Of a stretch of 64,000 nucleotides of DNA, positions 30,066-51,478 are shown one piece after another. Below the pieces are notes generated by a model. It saw nothing but the letters and a program-made list of their open reading frames with translations, searched no databases and was not told the DNA's origin. The stretch is from an uncultured Gemmatimonadaceae bacterium (GTDB lineage Bacteria; Gemmatimonadota; Gemmatimonadetes; Gemmatimonadales; Gemmatimonadaceae), in the NCBI GenBank assembly GCA_963761305.1, contig CAVXGK010000002.1, positions 2,208,001-2,272,000 on the forward strand, in the 5' to 3' direction. The translations under genes and the position numbers were made by a program. Every line of letters starts with the position of its first letter. Position 1 is the stretch's first letter.

Positions 30066-31352
30066 TCAAGTGTTGAGGGAATGAGCCACCGGCAGCGCGT
30101 CCCGCGCCCGCACGGCCGAGGTAAAGGGCCCGAGCAAGTGGGCGATGCTGTTCGCGTAGTAGCTGATCAGCTCGCGGCCGCGCGGCAGCACGGCGAATCC
30201 GTCGCCCGATTCGGCGAGCACGCGCCGCATCTGGAGCATGCGCCACGCGCGCTCGAACGTCTCGTCGATGCCGCGGTCGTGGCGAATGACTCGGGCGTTC
30301 AGCTCCAGCAGCACGTCGCTGAGATCGCCGATGCGCTCGAGCAAAGCGGCGCGCGGCAGGAAGTCGCGGTCGAGGCTTTGGATCGCGGCGCAGGCAAGCG
30401 GCACCGGCGTGACGGGAATCAATTCGCCGATACGCGACATCACCGAATCGCACAACGCCTGCACGCGCGCCCGACGCTCGTGTTTCGGCAGCTCGAACAA
30501 ATCGCGGTTCTCCGCGAACCACGGCTCGAGCGGAATCGCGCGACCGATCGTGACGGCCGCTCGCCCGTAGCGTTTCCATCGGCGGAGCGCGAGTCGCGTC
30601 ACGCTCCAGCCGACGTAGCGTGAGACTTCGCCGAGCTGCGCGACCCGCGACGGGAGCTCGCGTCCCTCGGTGGACGCCAACTCTCGCAGCAGCGAGCGAT
30701 CCTCGAGCACGCGGTCATAATTGACCGCGACCGGCACGATGTGGAGTCGAGGCACGAACGACGGATCGCGCGCGATGCCGAGCACGTAGTCGAGGAGCCC
30801 GATCTTCGGCGACTTGAGCGTCCCGTCGCGCGTGAGGCCGCCCTCGAGAAAAATGCCCTGCGTGATCCCATCGGAGGCGGTGATCTGAACGTAGCGCTCG
30901 AGCACCGCGTGATAGAGCGGTTCGCGGTAGCGGCGGCGTACGAAATACGAGCCGAACGCCTTGAAGATGTGCTCGAGCGGAAACGCGCGCGCCCACTCTC
31001 CGACGGCGTACGAGAGCGCGACCTTGCCGGCGAGAGCGTAGCTCACGAGCACATAGTCGGCGTTCGACCGGTGATTGATCAGGTACACGACGACTGCGTC
31101 GCTCGGCAGCGGCTCGTCGCGCTCGTAGTCGACAGTGACTTTGTAGAAGAGATCGAGCAACCGTCCGGCCACGACGTAGCCCGCGCGATGAAACGCCGCG
31201 CCGCCGAAAAATGGAACGATCTCGCGGGCATAGCCGGCGACGATTGCTCTCGTCCCCGCCTCCGACAGCCCATTCGCCGCGGAGTGGGCGCGAATCGCCG
31301 ACGCGACCGCCGGATCGTTCAGCAAACGCTCACGAACCGCCCGACGGTTCAT
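30066..31352 (-). CDS. Glycerol-3-phosphate/1-acylglycerol-3-phosphate acyltransferase (PlsB/PlsC family)
   Basis: NHRSNAD (HxxxxD); FLEGGLTRDG; IVPVAVNYD; start chosen at ATG 31352. Confidence 0.85.
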   Translation of the reverse strand: MNRRAVRERLLNDPAVASAIRAHSAANGLSEAGTRAIVAGYAREIVPFFGGAAFHRAGYVVAGRLLDLFYKVTVDYERDEPLPSDAVVVYLINHRSNADYVLVSYALAGKVALSYAVGEWARAFPLEHIFKAFGSYFVRRRYREPLYHAVLERYVQITASDGITQGIFLEGGLTRDGTLKSPKIGLLDYVLGIARDPSFVPRLHIVPVAVNYDRVLEDRSLLRELASTEGRELPSRVAQLGEVSRYVGWSVTRLALRRWKRYGRAAVTIGRAIPLEPWFAENRDLFELPKHERRARVQALCDSVMSRIGELIPVTPVPLACAAIQSLDRDFLPRAALLERIGDLSDVLLELNARVIRHDRGIDETFERAWRMLQMRRVLAESGDGFAVLPRGRELISYYANSIAHLLGPFTSAVRARDALPVAHSLNT

Positions 31353-31376
31353 TGAAGAGCTCCCGGTCGACCACAT

Positions 31377-32495
31377 CTACGACTGCTGAGTGCGCCGACG
31401 TTCGGAGGCCGCGAGCGCGTAGATCTCCTCATGGCGGTCCAGCCACGCCTCTGCCCCGAACGCGGTCGCGAGTCGTTCCGTCGCGCGGCGCGCTCGCGCG
31501 GCGGCGGCTTCGGGATCGGCGAATACCGACGCGATCGCGTCCGCCAGCGCTGCCGGGTTCTCGGATGGAACGAGCGTCGCTTCGTTCTCGGATACCACAT
31601 CGGGCACGCCGCCGACACACGTTGCCACGACCGGCGTCCCCGCGGCGATCGCCTCGAGCAACGCGATTGGCGTTCCTTCGGTGCGCGAGCTTTGCACGAA
31701 GACGTCGAACGCCGCGCAGAGGCGGCCCGCCGTCGGAACCATTCCCTGCCAGGCCACCCGCGCCCCGACGCGTTCGGCGTGCGACGTTTCACGCCCACGC
31801 TCAGGACCGTCGCCCAACACGCAGCCCAGTACTCGTTCGCCTCGGAGACGCGCGATGGCGTCCACGAAGACGTCGATTCCCTTTTCGTGTGAGAGGCGTC
31901 CGACCCATCCGACGACGCGCTCGTCGGGCGAAAGCTCGAGCAAACGGCGGGCGTCGGCGCGCGGCATCGGATCCGCGACCAACGCGAACGCGTTGCGGAG
32001 CAAATGCACTCGACTCGCCGGCACGCCGTCCGACGCCAGCAGTTTCGCGATCGGCTCGGAGACGGCGATCACCGCGTCGAATCGCCGCAGGCTGCGCGCG
32101 TGCAGGTACTCGTACACGCGGTTCTTGAACGAGCCGCGGGTCCATCCATGCAGCGTCGAGACCGTCGGCACGCCAAGCGTGCGAATCGCCTCGCCGTCGA
32201 CGACGTCGGTGCGGCTCCCGTGGCTGTGGACGACATCCGGCGAAAACTCCGTGCACAATTGCGCGATCCCGCGCCGCTCGTCGCGATAGCGGCGGGGGGC
32301 GACGATCACTTCACGAATCGGAACACGTGCCAGGTCGAGCGGCCCGCGGAACGGATGATCGGGCGACATCGGCTCTTCGCCGACGGCGACCACGACGACG
32401 TCGTGGCCCCGTTTGGATTGCCCGATCGCGAGGCCTTGCACGACACGCTCCAACCCGCCGATGCGCGCCGGCGCCAGAAGTTGGACAATCCTCAT
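31377..32495 (-). CDS. Glycosyltransferase family 4 (GT-B)
   Basis: GGLE, VGRLSHEKG, SRTEGTPIALLEA. Confidence 0.92.
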   Translation of the reverse strand: MRIVQLLAPARIGGLERVVQGLAIGQSKRGHDVVVVAVGEEPMSPDHPFRGPLDLARVPIREVIVAPRRYRDERRGIAQLCTEFSPDVVHSHGSRTDVVDGEAIRTLGVPTVSTLHGWTRGSFKNRVYEYLHARSLRRFDAVIAVSEPIAKLLASDGVPASRVHLLRNAFALVADPMPRADARRLLELSPDERVVGWVGRLSHEKGIDVFVDAIARLRGERVLGCVLGDGPERGRETSHAERVGARVAWQGMVPTAGRLCAAFDVFVQSSRTEGTPIALLEAIAAGTPVVATCVGGVPDVVSENEATLVPSENPAALADAIASVFADPEAAAARARRATERLATAFGAEAWLDRHEEIYALAASERRRTQQS

Positions 32496-32511
32496 TGTGA
32501 AAGCCGAACGG

Positions 32512-33468
32512 TCATCGACCGGCGGCGCGAGCCTGCACGCCGCGGACCGCGCCGACGATCATCCGATTGAGCGCCGCGATCGAGAGACCGCCGGGATCGC
32601 TCGACGGAATCGTCGCGAACCCGATCGCCGCCGCCTTCGGATAGCGCGCGAAGATCTGCTCGAGCAACTTGGCCAATTCGTCGCTCGACGGACCGCCCGG
32701 TACCGGGTTCACGTGCATCGACACCTCGCGCGGGTCGAGCACGTCCATGTCGACGTGGACGTAGAGCTTGTCGACCTGCGCGTTCAGGCGATCGAGCTGC
32801 GCCCACACTGCCGGTGTGATGTGCCGGACGTCGTTCACCGACAGCTGCTGAATTCTCGAATGGTCGAGCAGACCCTGCTCGAGTGGATCGACGAGACGCA
32901 CGGCACCCATGACCACGTCCTCGTCGCGCAGCGGAGGATCGAGCGTCGCGTCGAGCCGCAGATTCTTCAGCGCGCGTCCGGTCGCGATCGCGACCGGCAT
33001 GCCGCCCATGTTGCCGCTGCGCGTCGTCTCGGGCGTGTTGAAGTCGGGATGCGCGTCGAGCCAGAGCATGCCGACGCGGAGCGGCCTGCCGTTCGCTCCG
33101 GAATGTTCCAGGCCCGCGACCATTCCCGGCATCGACGGACAGGTCGCGTAGAGTCCGACCGTGAAGTACCCGTCGCGTTGATCGCGCGCGACGATCTGCG
33201 CGAAATCGCCCAGCGCCCAGCCGAGACGTTTCCAGGTGCCGTATTCGGTATCCTGCACCGCGGTGAGCTTTGATTCGCCGACGCGGAGCGTCGCGCCCAT
33301 CTTCGCGAGCGAGTCCATGATTCCGCCGCTCGCCATCGTCGCCGGGCCGGTCGACGTCCCTGTGGGCGAGAAGGGCTGCTTGTCGAGCGCTACGCGGAGC
33401 GATTGCGCATGAACCGACGCGGCGACCACCAGCAGAATGAACGACGAGGCGGATATGGCACGGCGCAT
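32512..33468 (-). CDS. Arginase/ureohydrolase-family protein with signal peptide
   Basis: WLDAHPDFNT and HVDMDVLDP metal motifs; start at ATG 33468 gives signal peptide MRRAISASSFILLVVAASVHA. Confidence 0.85.
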   Translation of the reverse strand: MRRAISASSFILLVVAASVHAQSLRVALDKQPFSPTGTSTGPATMASGGIMDSLAKMGATLRVGESKLTAVQDTEYGTWKRLGWALGDFAQIVARDQRDGYFTVGLYATCPSMPGMVAGLEHSGANGRPLRVGMLWLDAHPDFNTPETTRSGNMGGMPVAIATGRALKNLRLDATLDPPLRDEDVVMGAVRLVDPLEQGLLDHSRIQQLSVNDVRHITPAVWAQLDRLNAQVDKLYVHVDMDVLDPREVSMHVNPVPGGPSSDELAKLLEQIFARYPKAAAIGFATIPSSDPGGLSIAALNRMIVGAVRGVQARAAGR

Positions 33469-33518
33469 ATGGTTTCGAAGAAACGGCTCGGCATTCCGCG
33501 ACGCAATGCCGGGCGGCG

Positions 33519-36155
<2,637 letters not shown>

Positions 36156-36230
36156 GTCGCCTCGACGAGCTGCCAGCCTCTTCAATAATAGAAGCGGAGA
36201 CCGTCCTTCAACCATCCGGATTCGGGCTTC

Positions 36231-36261
36231 AAAAAAAAAGGCGAGCCCGGAGGCTCGCCTT
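36231..36261 (-). terminator. Intrinsic terminator after rpoC
   Basis: GGCGAGCC-TCCG-GGCTCGCC followed by a run of 9 T on the minus strand. Confidence 0.9.
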
Positions 36262-36292
36262 CTCTCGCTTTTTGCCGTGCTGACTGCTGGCC

Positions 36293-40606
<4,314 letters not shown>

Positions 40607-40609
40607 CGT

Positions 40610-45223
<4,614 letters not shown>

Positions 45224-45383
45224 GATTCACCGGAGACCTGGCGACGGACAGATCCCCCGCCCGGGCGCGCGACAGCGCGTCCGTTCGGAGGACCGTAGAC
45301 TGCACAGAGTTGTTGGTGCGCGATGTATTCGTATTCACTAAAGGCGCTTGGCTGGAGGAAGAAACCGCGGGACGTGCCCGAGG

Positions 45384-45779
45384 TTACTTCACTTCCACCG
45401 TCGCGCCCTGCTCTTCCAGTTTGGCCTTCACCGAGGCGGCTTCGTCCTTCGACACGCCGGCCTTGACCGTCTGCGGCGCGCCGTCGACGAGATCCTTGGC
45501 TTCCTTCAGGCCCAGGCCGGTGATCTCACGAACCACCTTGATGACCTGGATCTTCTTGCCACCGGCGTCCTTCAGCAGGACGTCGAACTCGGTCTTCTCT
45601 TCCACGGCCGGAGCCGCGGCCGCGCCGCCACCACCGCCGGCCGCCGCGCCACCCACCGGAGCCGCGGCGATCGTCACGTTGAACTTGCTCTTGAAAGCGT
45701 CGATCAGCTCGGCGAGCTCGAAGACGGACTTGTTGCCGATCGCTTCGAGGATCTCGTCGTTCGTCATGGTCGTTGGCAT
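45384..45779 (-). CDS. rplL: 50S ribosomal protein L7/L12
   Basis: [19 protein letters not shown]. Confidence 0.99.
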   Translation of the reverse strand: MPTTMTNDEILEAIGNKSVFELAELIDAFKSKFNVTIAAAPVGGAAAGGGGGAAAAPAVEEKTEFDVLLKDAGGKKIQVIKVVREITGLGLKEAKDLVDGAPQTVKAGVSKDEAASVKAKLEEQGATVEVK

Positions 45780-45866
45780 CTCGTCGTTCTCCCTATGTGT
45801 TTTGCAAGTCGGTCAATCGTTGCTTCGGTCAGTCACTGCGATTTCACGGTCGGTCGACTGACCGAC

Positions 45867-46397
45867 TTATCCAGCACTCGCGCCGGAGCTTTCGCGCTGC
45901 TGGCGCAAGCCCTCGAGCGCTCCCGCGAACATGTACAGGATGCCGCTGAGCGCACCGACGAAGCCCGCGAGCGGCGACTGCAGTCCGGCGCCGAGTTGGG
46001 CGAGCATCTGCTCGCGCGACGGCATCGAGGCCAGCTTCGTCACCTGGGCCTTGTCGATCTTCGTGCCTTCGAACACCCCACCTTTGACCGCCGGCTTCTG
46101 ATCGTTCTCCTTGGCGAAGTCGGTGATGACCTTGGCCGCGGCGATCGGATCCCGGGCGACGACGAGTCCCGTCGGCCCGCGCAGGCGCTCGCCGACGAGA
46201 CCACTCTCGTTTACGGCGCGGAGCGCGAGGGTGTTCTTGATGACCACGTACTCCACGTTCGCCTTACGGAGCTTGCGGCGGAGGTCGGTCATCCGCTTCA
46301 CGTTGAGTCCGGTGAAGTCGGTATAGTAGAGCGCCGTAGCGCCCTCGAGTTTCGACTTGAGGTCGGAGACCAGCTGCTCTTTCTCGGTGCGGTTCAC
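45867..46397 (-). CDS. rplJ: 50S ribosomal protein L10
   Basis: [22 protein letters not shown] start overlaps the rplA stop. Confidence 0.97.
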   Translation of the reverse strand: MNRTEKEQLVSDLKSKLEGATALYYTDFTGLNVKRMTDLRRKLRKANVEYVVIKNTLALRAVNESGLVGERLRGPTGLVVARDPIAAAKVITDFAKENDQKPAVKGGVFEGTKIDKAQVTKLASMPSREQMLAQLGAGLQSPLAGFVGALSGILYMFAGALEGLRQQRESSGASAG

Positions 46398-47101
46398 TGG
46401 GCGCTCCCTGTCATCCGGTAGAGCGTGTTGTCGATCGTGACCCCGGGGCCCATCGTGCTGGACACCGAGACGTTCTTGACGTAGACGCCCTTGGACGCCG
46501 GCGGCTTGGCGCGGACGATCTGATCCATGAACGCCGTGTAGTTCGTCTCGAGCGCGTCGATCCCGAACGACACCTTGCCGATGGGAGCGTGGACGTTCCC
46601 CGCCTTGTCGACGCGGAACTCGATCTTCCCGGCCTTCGTCTCACGGACCGCGTTCGTGATGTTGAACGTGACCGTGCCGGCCTTCGGGTTGGGCATGAGC
46701 CCGCGCGGACCGAGCACGCGACCGAGTTGGCCGAGCTGGCCCATCTGGTCGGGGGTGGCGATCAGCACGTCGAAGTCGAGCCAGCCGTCTTTGATCTTCT
46801 GGATATACTCCGCGCCCACGTAGTCGGCGCCGGCGGTCTCGGCCTCCTTGGCCTTGTCGCCGGCGGCGATGACGAGCACGCGGACCGACTTGCCGGTTCC
46901 GGCCGGGAGCACGACCGTGCCGCGCACGACCTGATCGGCGTGGCGCGGGTCGACACCCAGTCGAACGGCGACTTCGACGGTCTCGTCAAACTTCGCGAAT
47001 GCCGATTTCTTGACGATCTCCAGCGCCTGGCGGGGCTGGTACGTCGAGGCGATGTCGCGATTCTTGGCGGCCGTCGTGTACTGCTTTCCGTGTGCGTGCA
47101 T
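46394..47101 (-). CDS. rplA: 50S ribosomal protein L1
   Basis: [27 protein letters not shown]. Confidence 0.99.
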   Translation of the reverse strand: MHAHGKQYTTAAKNRDIASTYQPRQALEIVKKSAFAKFDETVEVAVRLGVDPRHADQVVRGTVVLPAGTGKSVRVLVIAAGDKAKEAETAGADYVGAEYIQKIKDGWLDFDVLIATPDQMGQLGQLGRVLGPRGLMPNPKAGTVTFNITNAVRETKAGKIEFRVDKAGNVHAPIGKVSFGIDALETNYTAFMDQIVRAKPPASKGVYVKNVSVSSTMGPGVTIDNTLYRMTGSAQ

Positions 47102-47523
47102 CAGTCGACGACCTCCAGGCCCATCGACCGTGCCGCGCCGGCGACCATGTGCATCGCCGATTCGATCGTGTCGCAGTTGAGATCGGGCATCTTGATCTCG
47201 GCGATCTTGCGCACCTGGGCGCGCGTGACGCGTCCGACCTTGTTCCGGTTCGGCTGCCCCGATCCCTTGTCGATGCCCGCCTCCTTCTTCAGTAAGACCG
47301 CCGCGGGCGGCGTCTTGGTGATGAAGGTGAAGGACTTGTCCGAGAAGATCGTGATCTCGACCGGGAGAATCGTATCCTGGCCCTGCGTTCGAGAATTGAA
47401 CTCCTTGCAGAAGGCCATGATGTTGATCCCCTGCGGACCGAGGGCCGTCCCTACCGGAGGGGCAGGATTGGCCTTGCCCGCGGGGATCTGCAGCTTCACG
47501 AACCCCGTGACTTTCTTTGCCAT
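47101..47523 (-). CDS. rplK: 50S ribosomal protein L11
   Basis: [19 protein letters not shown]; start at ATG 47523 with AGGAG. Confidence 0.99.
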   Translation of the reverse strand: MAKKVTGFVKLQIPAGKANPAPPVGTALGPQGINIMAFCKEFNSRTQGQDTILPVEITIFSDKSFTFITKTPPAAVLLKKEAGIDKGSGQPNRNKVGRVTRAQVRKIAEIKMPDLNCDTIESAMHMVAGAARSMGLEVVD

Positions 47524-47533
47524 AGAACTCCTG

Positions 47534-47570
47534 ATGACGACTCGCCGATGTCCCGGCGACAATCTCCCAC
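47534..47570 (-). promoter_or_regulatory. Candidate uL1-binding leader upstream of rplK
   Basis: GTGGGAG-ATT-GTCGCCG-GGACAT-CGGCGA-GTC-GTCAT resembles the GGGAG-containing L1 operator fold at its usual position. Confidence 0.45.
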
Positions 47571-47612
47571 TGGACTGATACGTCGGAGTGGTGGCCGACT
47601 CCCAGCGATGTC

Positions 47613-48161
47613 CTAGTACGCCCTCAACTGCAGGTAATCCAGTTCCACCGAGGTCGGCCGCCCGAACAGCGAGACCGACACCCGCACCTTGCCTTTGTCG
47701 ACCATCACTTCTTCCACCGTGCCGTTGAAATCGGTGAACGGTCCTTCGGTGATGGCCACCGCCTGGCCGACGAGGAACGGAATCTCCTCCTTCGGCTCCT
47801 CCTCCTCGTGTTCGATGGCGATGCCGAGGAGGCGGTTCACTTCATCGGCGCGCAGCGGCTGCGGGAATCGCTGGTCGTGACCCACGAACTTGATCACGCC
47901 TTGAATGCCGTTCACCACGTGCGCCGTTTCCTGATTCATGTCCATCTCGACCAACACGTAGCCGGGATAGAGCTTTCGTTCGACGTTGACCTTCTTGCCG
48001 TTCTTGATCTCGACCACTTCCTGCGTCGGGACGAGCGCCTGCCGGATCGATCGCGTCTCGGCCGCGCGGGCGTCCCCGTCGATCTTTCGTTGGATCAGCG
48101 AGCGCACCTTGTTCTCGTGCCCCGCCGTCGTTTGGATCGCGTACCAGCGATGTTCCGCCAT
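47613..48161 (-). CDS. nusG: Transcription factor NusG
   Basis: [36 protein letters not shown]. Confidence 0.98.
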   Translation of the reverse strand: MAEHRWYAIQTTAGHENKVRSLIQRKIDGDARAAETRSIRQALVPTQEVVEIKNGKKVNVERKLYPGYVLVEMDMNQETAHVVNGIQGVIKFVGHDQRFPQPLRADEVNRLLGIAIEHEEEEPKEEIPFLVGQAVAITEGPFTDFNGTVEEVMVDKGKVRVSVSLFGRPTSVELDYLQLRAY

Positions 48162-48167
48162 AGCCGG

Positions 48168-48431
48168 TCAGCGCCCCGCGAACAACGATGGAATTCCTTT
48201 GATGAGAAGTCCCTGAAGCACCAGGTCGAGCACCGAGATCATCGCGCCGATGAGCAGCACGAAGACGATGATCTGAATGGTCGCCTGACGGACCTGGCCG
48301 CGGTCCGGCCACGTGACCTTCTTCATCTCGGCGACCACGCCGTGATAGAAGGTGACCACACGCGTACCCCACCCCGGCTCGGGAGCCGACGGCGTGCCCG
48401 AGCCACCCGTGCGCGCAACAGCGTCCGCCAT
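48168..48431 (-). CDS. secE: Preprotein translocase subunit SecE
   Basis: EMKKVTWP plus one TM helix; start at ATG 48431. Confidence 0.95.
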   Translation of the reverse strand: MADAVARTGGSGTPSAPEPGWGTRVVTFYHGVVAEMKKVTWPDRGQVRQATIQIIVFVLLIGAMISVLDLVLQGLLIKGIPSLFAGR

Positions 48432-48583
48432 TACTTGGTTTCCTTGTGGACTTGATGCTTGTTGCAGCGCGGGCAGTACTTCTTCCACTCCACGCGCTCC
48501 GGATGGAGCCGCTTGTTCTTCATCGTGAAGTAGTTGCGATTCTTACACTCGCCGCAGGCGAGGATGATCTTCTCTCTAGGCAT
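48431..48583 (-). CDS. rpmG: 50S ribosomal protein L33, Zn-binding form (missed by ORF track, 50 aa)
   Basis: Manual translation [50 protein letters not shown]. Confidence 0.97.
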   Translation of the reverse strand: MPREKIILACGECKNRNYFTMKNKRLHPERVEWKKYCPRCNKHQVHKETK

Positions 48584-48673
48584 CTGCCAAAGACCTTAGA
48601 AAAACGTGGTGCGTCGTACGTCGCGTCGTGTTACGGTGCTACCCAAGAACTCCAGACCTTCCAGCGCTCCGAG

Positions 48674-48746
48674 AGCTGACGACCGGGATTGAACCGGTGA
48701 CCTCACCCTTACCAAGGGTGTGCTCTACCGACTGAGCTACGTCAGC
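48674..48746 (-). tRNA. tRNA-Thr(GGT)
   Basis: GCTGACGTAGCTCAGTCGGTAGAGC-ACCCTTGGTAAGGGT...GGTTCAATCC; cloverleaf, CCA not encoded. Confidence 0.96.
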
Positions 48747-48838
48747 AACGTCTTAAGCAACATCTTACGTCGTTCGCGTTCCGCTGTTCCTCGCTCCCGC
48801 CCCACCACCGCGCGTCTCACCTGGTTCACAGAGTTCAG

Positions 48839-48911
48839 AGCGGGAGACGGGGCTCGAACCCGCGACATCAAGCTTGGAAGGCTTGCGCTCTACCAACTGA
48901 GCTACTCCCGC
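48839..48911 (-). tRNA. tRNA-Gly(TCC)
   Basis: GCGGGAGTAGCTCAGTTGGTAGAGC-CAAGCCTTCCAAGCTTG...GGTTCGAGCC. Confidence 0.96.
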
Positions 48912-48978
48912 CGGCTGTCCTGCGTCCCGCTCTCTCCCTTCCTCGCCTACTCCGGCCGAACCATTGATTGCCACCGAA

Positions 48979-49063
48979 TGGTGGGGGAAGGATTCGAACC
49001 TTCGTAGGGCGTAAACCCGGCAGATTTACAGTCTGCTGCCATTAGCCACTCGGCCACCCCACC
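48979..49063 (-). tRNA. tRNA-Tyr(GTA)
   Basis: GGTGGGGTGGCCGAGTGGCTAATGGC-GCAGACTGTAAATCTGC; long variable arm; GGTTCGAATCC. Confidence 0.96.
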
Positions 49064-49142
49064 GGAGTTCTTCGCGCTCCATCAACCATCTGCTGCTCGC
49101 TGCCGCTCACACGAAAAATCGCCTGCGAGCCCTGCTCGGCAG

Positions 49143-49215
49143 AGCTGACGGCGAGAATCGAACTCGCAACCGCCTGATTACAAATCAGGTGCTCTGCCAA
49201 TTGAGCTACGTCAGC
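49143..49215 (-). tRNA. tRNA-Thr(TGT)
   Basis: GCTGACGTAGCTCAATTGGCAGAGC-CCTGATTTGTAATCAGG...AGTTCGATTC. Confidence 0.96.
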
Positions 49216-49242
49216 AGACGGCCATTTTTTTGCGAGACTTGT

Positions 49243-49271
49243 AGGATAAGCCAGCGGGAAAACAGTGTCAA
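49243..49271 (-). promoter_or_regulatory. Sigma70 promoter of the tRNA/rpmG-secE-nusG cluster
   Basis: TTGACA-N17-TATCCT. Confidence 0.8.
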
Positions 49272-49316
49272 GCCGCGCTCCGACCGATGCTTACGCCTCG
49301 GGTCCGAAACCTGCCT

Positions 49317-50810
49317 CTACCGGACCTTCTTCCAGGTCGTCCGACCCCCGGCGTCCTCGATCGCAATCCCTCGCCCCACCAGCTCCGCCCGGATCCGATC
49401 CGCCTCCGCAAAATCACGCTGCTCGCGAGCCGCGCGACGCGCCGCCAGCCGCTCCGCGACCCACGAAATGAGCGCCTGATCGTGAATCTCCCGGTCGGGA
49501 AGAATGTCGAGCACGCTGTTGATCCGCTCGAACGCGGCCCGAGCCTTGGCGAGAGCGTCGACGTCCGACCCCCGCTTGTCCAGCTGCGCGTTCGCCCGAT
49601 GGATGAACGTGAACAGCCCGGCCAGCGCATTCGGGGCGTTCAGATCCTCGAACAGCGCCGCCTCGACCTCGGCCACGGCTGTGTCCGCCGCGGCCCCCAG
49701 CTCGGGCGTACCGCCGGTTGCCGTCGCGAGCCGATCCGCGAAATCACCCACCCGGCGCACGGCATTGATCGATGCCTCGAGCGCCTCGTCCGAAAGGTTC
49801 AGCTCCTTCCGATAGTGCGTGTTGAACACGAAATGCCGGAGGGCCGCGGCCGACACGTCCGCCTCGCGCATCCCCTGCACCGTGGTCACGTTGCCGAGTC
49901 GCTTGGCCATCTTCGCGCCGTCGGTTAGAAGAAATGCCCCGTGGCACCAGAAGCGCGAGAAGGTCTTTCCCGTCGCCGCCTCCGACTGCGCGATTTCGTC
50001 TTCGTGGTGCGGGAACACGAGGTCGATTCCGCCGCAGTGAATGTCGAGCGTCTCACCCAACAGTTCGATCGCCATCGCCGAGCACTCGAGGTGCCAGCCG
50101 GGACGGCCGCGTCCCCACGGTGAGTCCCACGCGGCGCCGGTGACTTCGTCGTTGGGCGTCGCGGCCTTCCAGAGCGCGAAGTCCTGCGCGTTCTCCTTCG
50201 AGTAGTCGTCCTGCGCGACACGCGCGCCGGTTTTCAGCTCGCGCTTGTCGAGGCGCGACAGACGGCCGTACTCCGGAAAGCGATCGATCGCGAAGTAGAC
50301 CGAGCGGTCGTCCGCCTGATAGGCGACTCCGCGCGCGACGAGCTCCTCGACGAGCTTGATCATCTGCGGGATGTAGTCCGTCGCCTTCGGATACACCTCC
50401 GCGGGCTGAATGCGCAGGTACTCGCGATCCTTGTGGAAGATCGCCGTCACCGGCTCCGTCACCTCGCCAATCGTTTTTCGCTGCTCGTGCGCGCGACGGA
50501 TGATCTTGTCGTCGACGTCCGTGAGGTTCATGACCTGGCGGACCTTCCACCCGCGCAGCCTCAACGTGCGCCGAAGCAGATCGCCGAACAGGAAGGTTCG
50601 AAAATTTCCGAGGTGCGCCGGGTTGTACACCGTCGGCCCGCAACTATAGATGCGCACCGTCTCGCCGTCGGCCGGCGCGAACGGCTCGGTCGTGCGGGTC
50701 ATCGTATTGAACAGCCGAAACTCGCGCGGCGCTGTCCCGGCTTGGGGGGGGGACGACGCCGCCGGCGATGATCTCGGACTGTCGGTGGACTGGGTGTCTG
50801 ACGGACGCAT
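49317..50810 (-). CDS. cysS: Cysteine--tRNA ligase
   Basis: YSCGPTVY, HLGN, DFALWK, GRPGWHLECS, FPHHEDE, KMAKR; exact start uncertain. Confidence 0.97.
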   Translation of the reverse strand: MRPSDTQSTDSPRSSPAASSPPQAGTAPREFRLFNTMTRTTEPFAPADGETVRIYSCGPTVYNPAHLGNFRTFLFGDLLRRTLRLRGWKVRQVMNLTDVDDKIIRRAHEQRKTIGEVTEPVTAIFHKDREYLRIQPAEVYPKATDYIPQMIKLVEELVARGVAYQADDRSVYFAIDRFPEYGRLSRLDKRELKTGARVAQDDYSKENAQDFALWKAATPNDEVTGAAWDSPWGRGRPGWHLECSAMAIELLGETLDIHCGGIDLVFPHHEDEIAQSEAATGKTFSRFWCHGAFLLTDGAKMAKRLGNVTTVQGMREADVSAAALRHFVFNTHYRKELNLSDEALEASINAVRRVGDFADRLATATGGTPELGAAADTAVAEVEAALFEDLNAPNALAGLFTFIHRANAQLDKRGSDVDALAKARAAFERINSVLDILPDREIHDQALISWVAERLAARRAAREQRDFAEADRIRAELVGRGIAIEDAGGRTTWKKVR

Positions 50811-50840
50811 CGACTCGCTGAACGAGCAGGTGCGTGAATG

Positions 50841-51407
50841 CTAGACGTGTCGAACAGGGCGGTCAACGAAAACGCGCTCGGCGACGCGAGCGTGGGACGC
50901 GCCGTGCGAAACCGCGCGGCCGTTGCACAGCGTGACCGAGCGGCCGGCCAACGTGCGAGCGAGGGACGCGTCGCGCAGCCCGATCACGACGGCATCGCCC
51001 GCGTCGCAACGCGCGTCGATCCACGGTCCGATGCGCGCCGCCTCCGCGTCGCCGACGTCGACGAGATGGATCAACGACTCGTCGCCGAGGCACGGCTCGT
51101 CGAGCGACGATTTGTGATAGTGCAGGCGCGCGTGCTCGAGACCGGCGCCGCGCGCGCAGTCGCCGAACCATCGCACCACACCGGCGTCGGGAGTGAGGAG
51201 GCCAGCGGCGCAGAGCAGCAGGGTCGTCTTGCCTGACCCGCTCGGACCAACGACGGCGACCGATTCCCCGGCGGCGACCACCAGGTCCACGTCGACGATC
51301 GCCTGCGCGCTCGCCAGGCATGAACCGCAGCCGGCAACGAATCGCTTGGAGAGCCGAGTGACTTCGAGCGCAGTCCGCACGCCGATCGATAGCGCACCGA
51401 GCGCCAT
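50841..51407 (-). CDS. Degenerate, shortened ABC-ATPase-like protein
   Basis: Walker A GPSGSGKTT in ABC context (LLTPDAGVV); no LSGGQ; Walker B-like IHLVD. Confidence 0.6.
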   Translation of the reverse strand: MALGALSIGVRTALEVTRLSKRFVAGCGSCLASAQAIVDVDLVVAAGESVAVVGPSGSGKTTLLLCAAGLLTPDAGVVRWFGDCARGAGLEHARLHYHKSSLDEPCLGDESLIHLVDVGDAEAARIGPWIDARCDAGDAVVIGLRDASLARTLAGRSVTLCNGRAVSHGASHARVAERVFVDRPVRHV

Positions 51408-51478
51408 CGACCATCATCCAGGCCTTTCAGACATCATCATGGCCGCGCAACCAACCGCGGTCCACCGGTCCACCGGTC

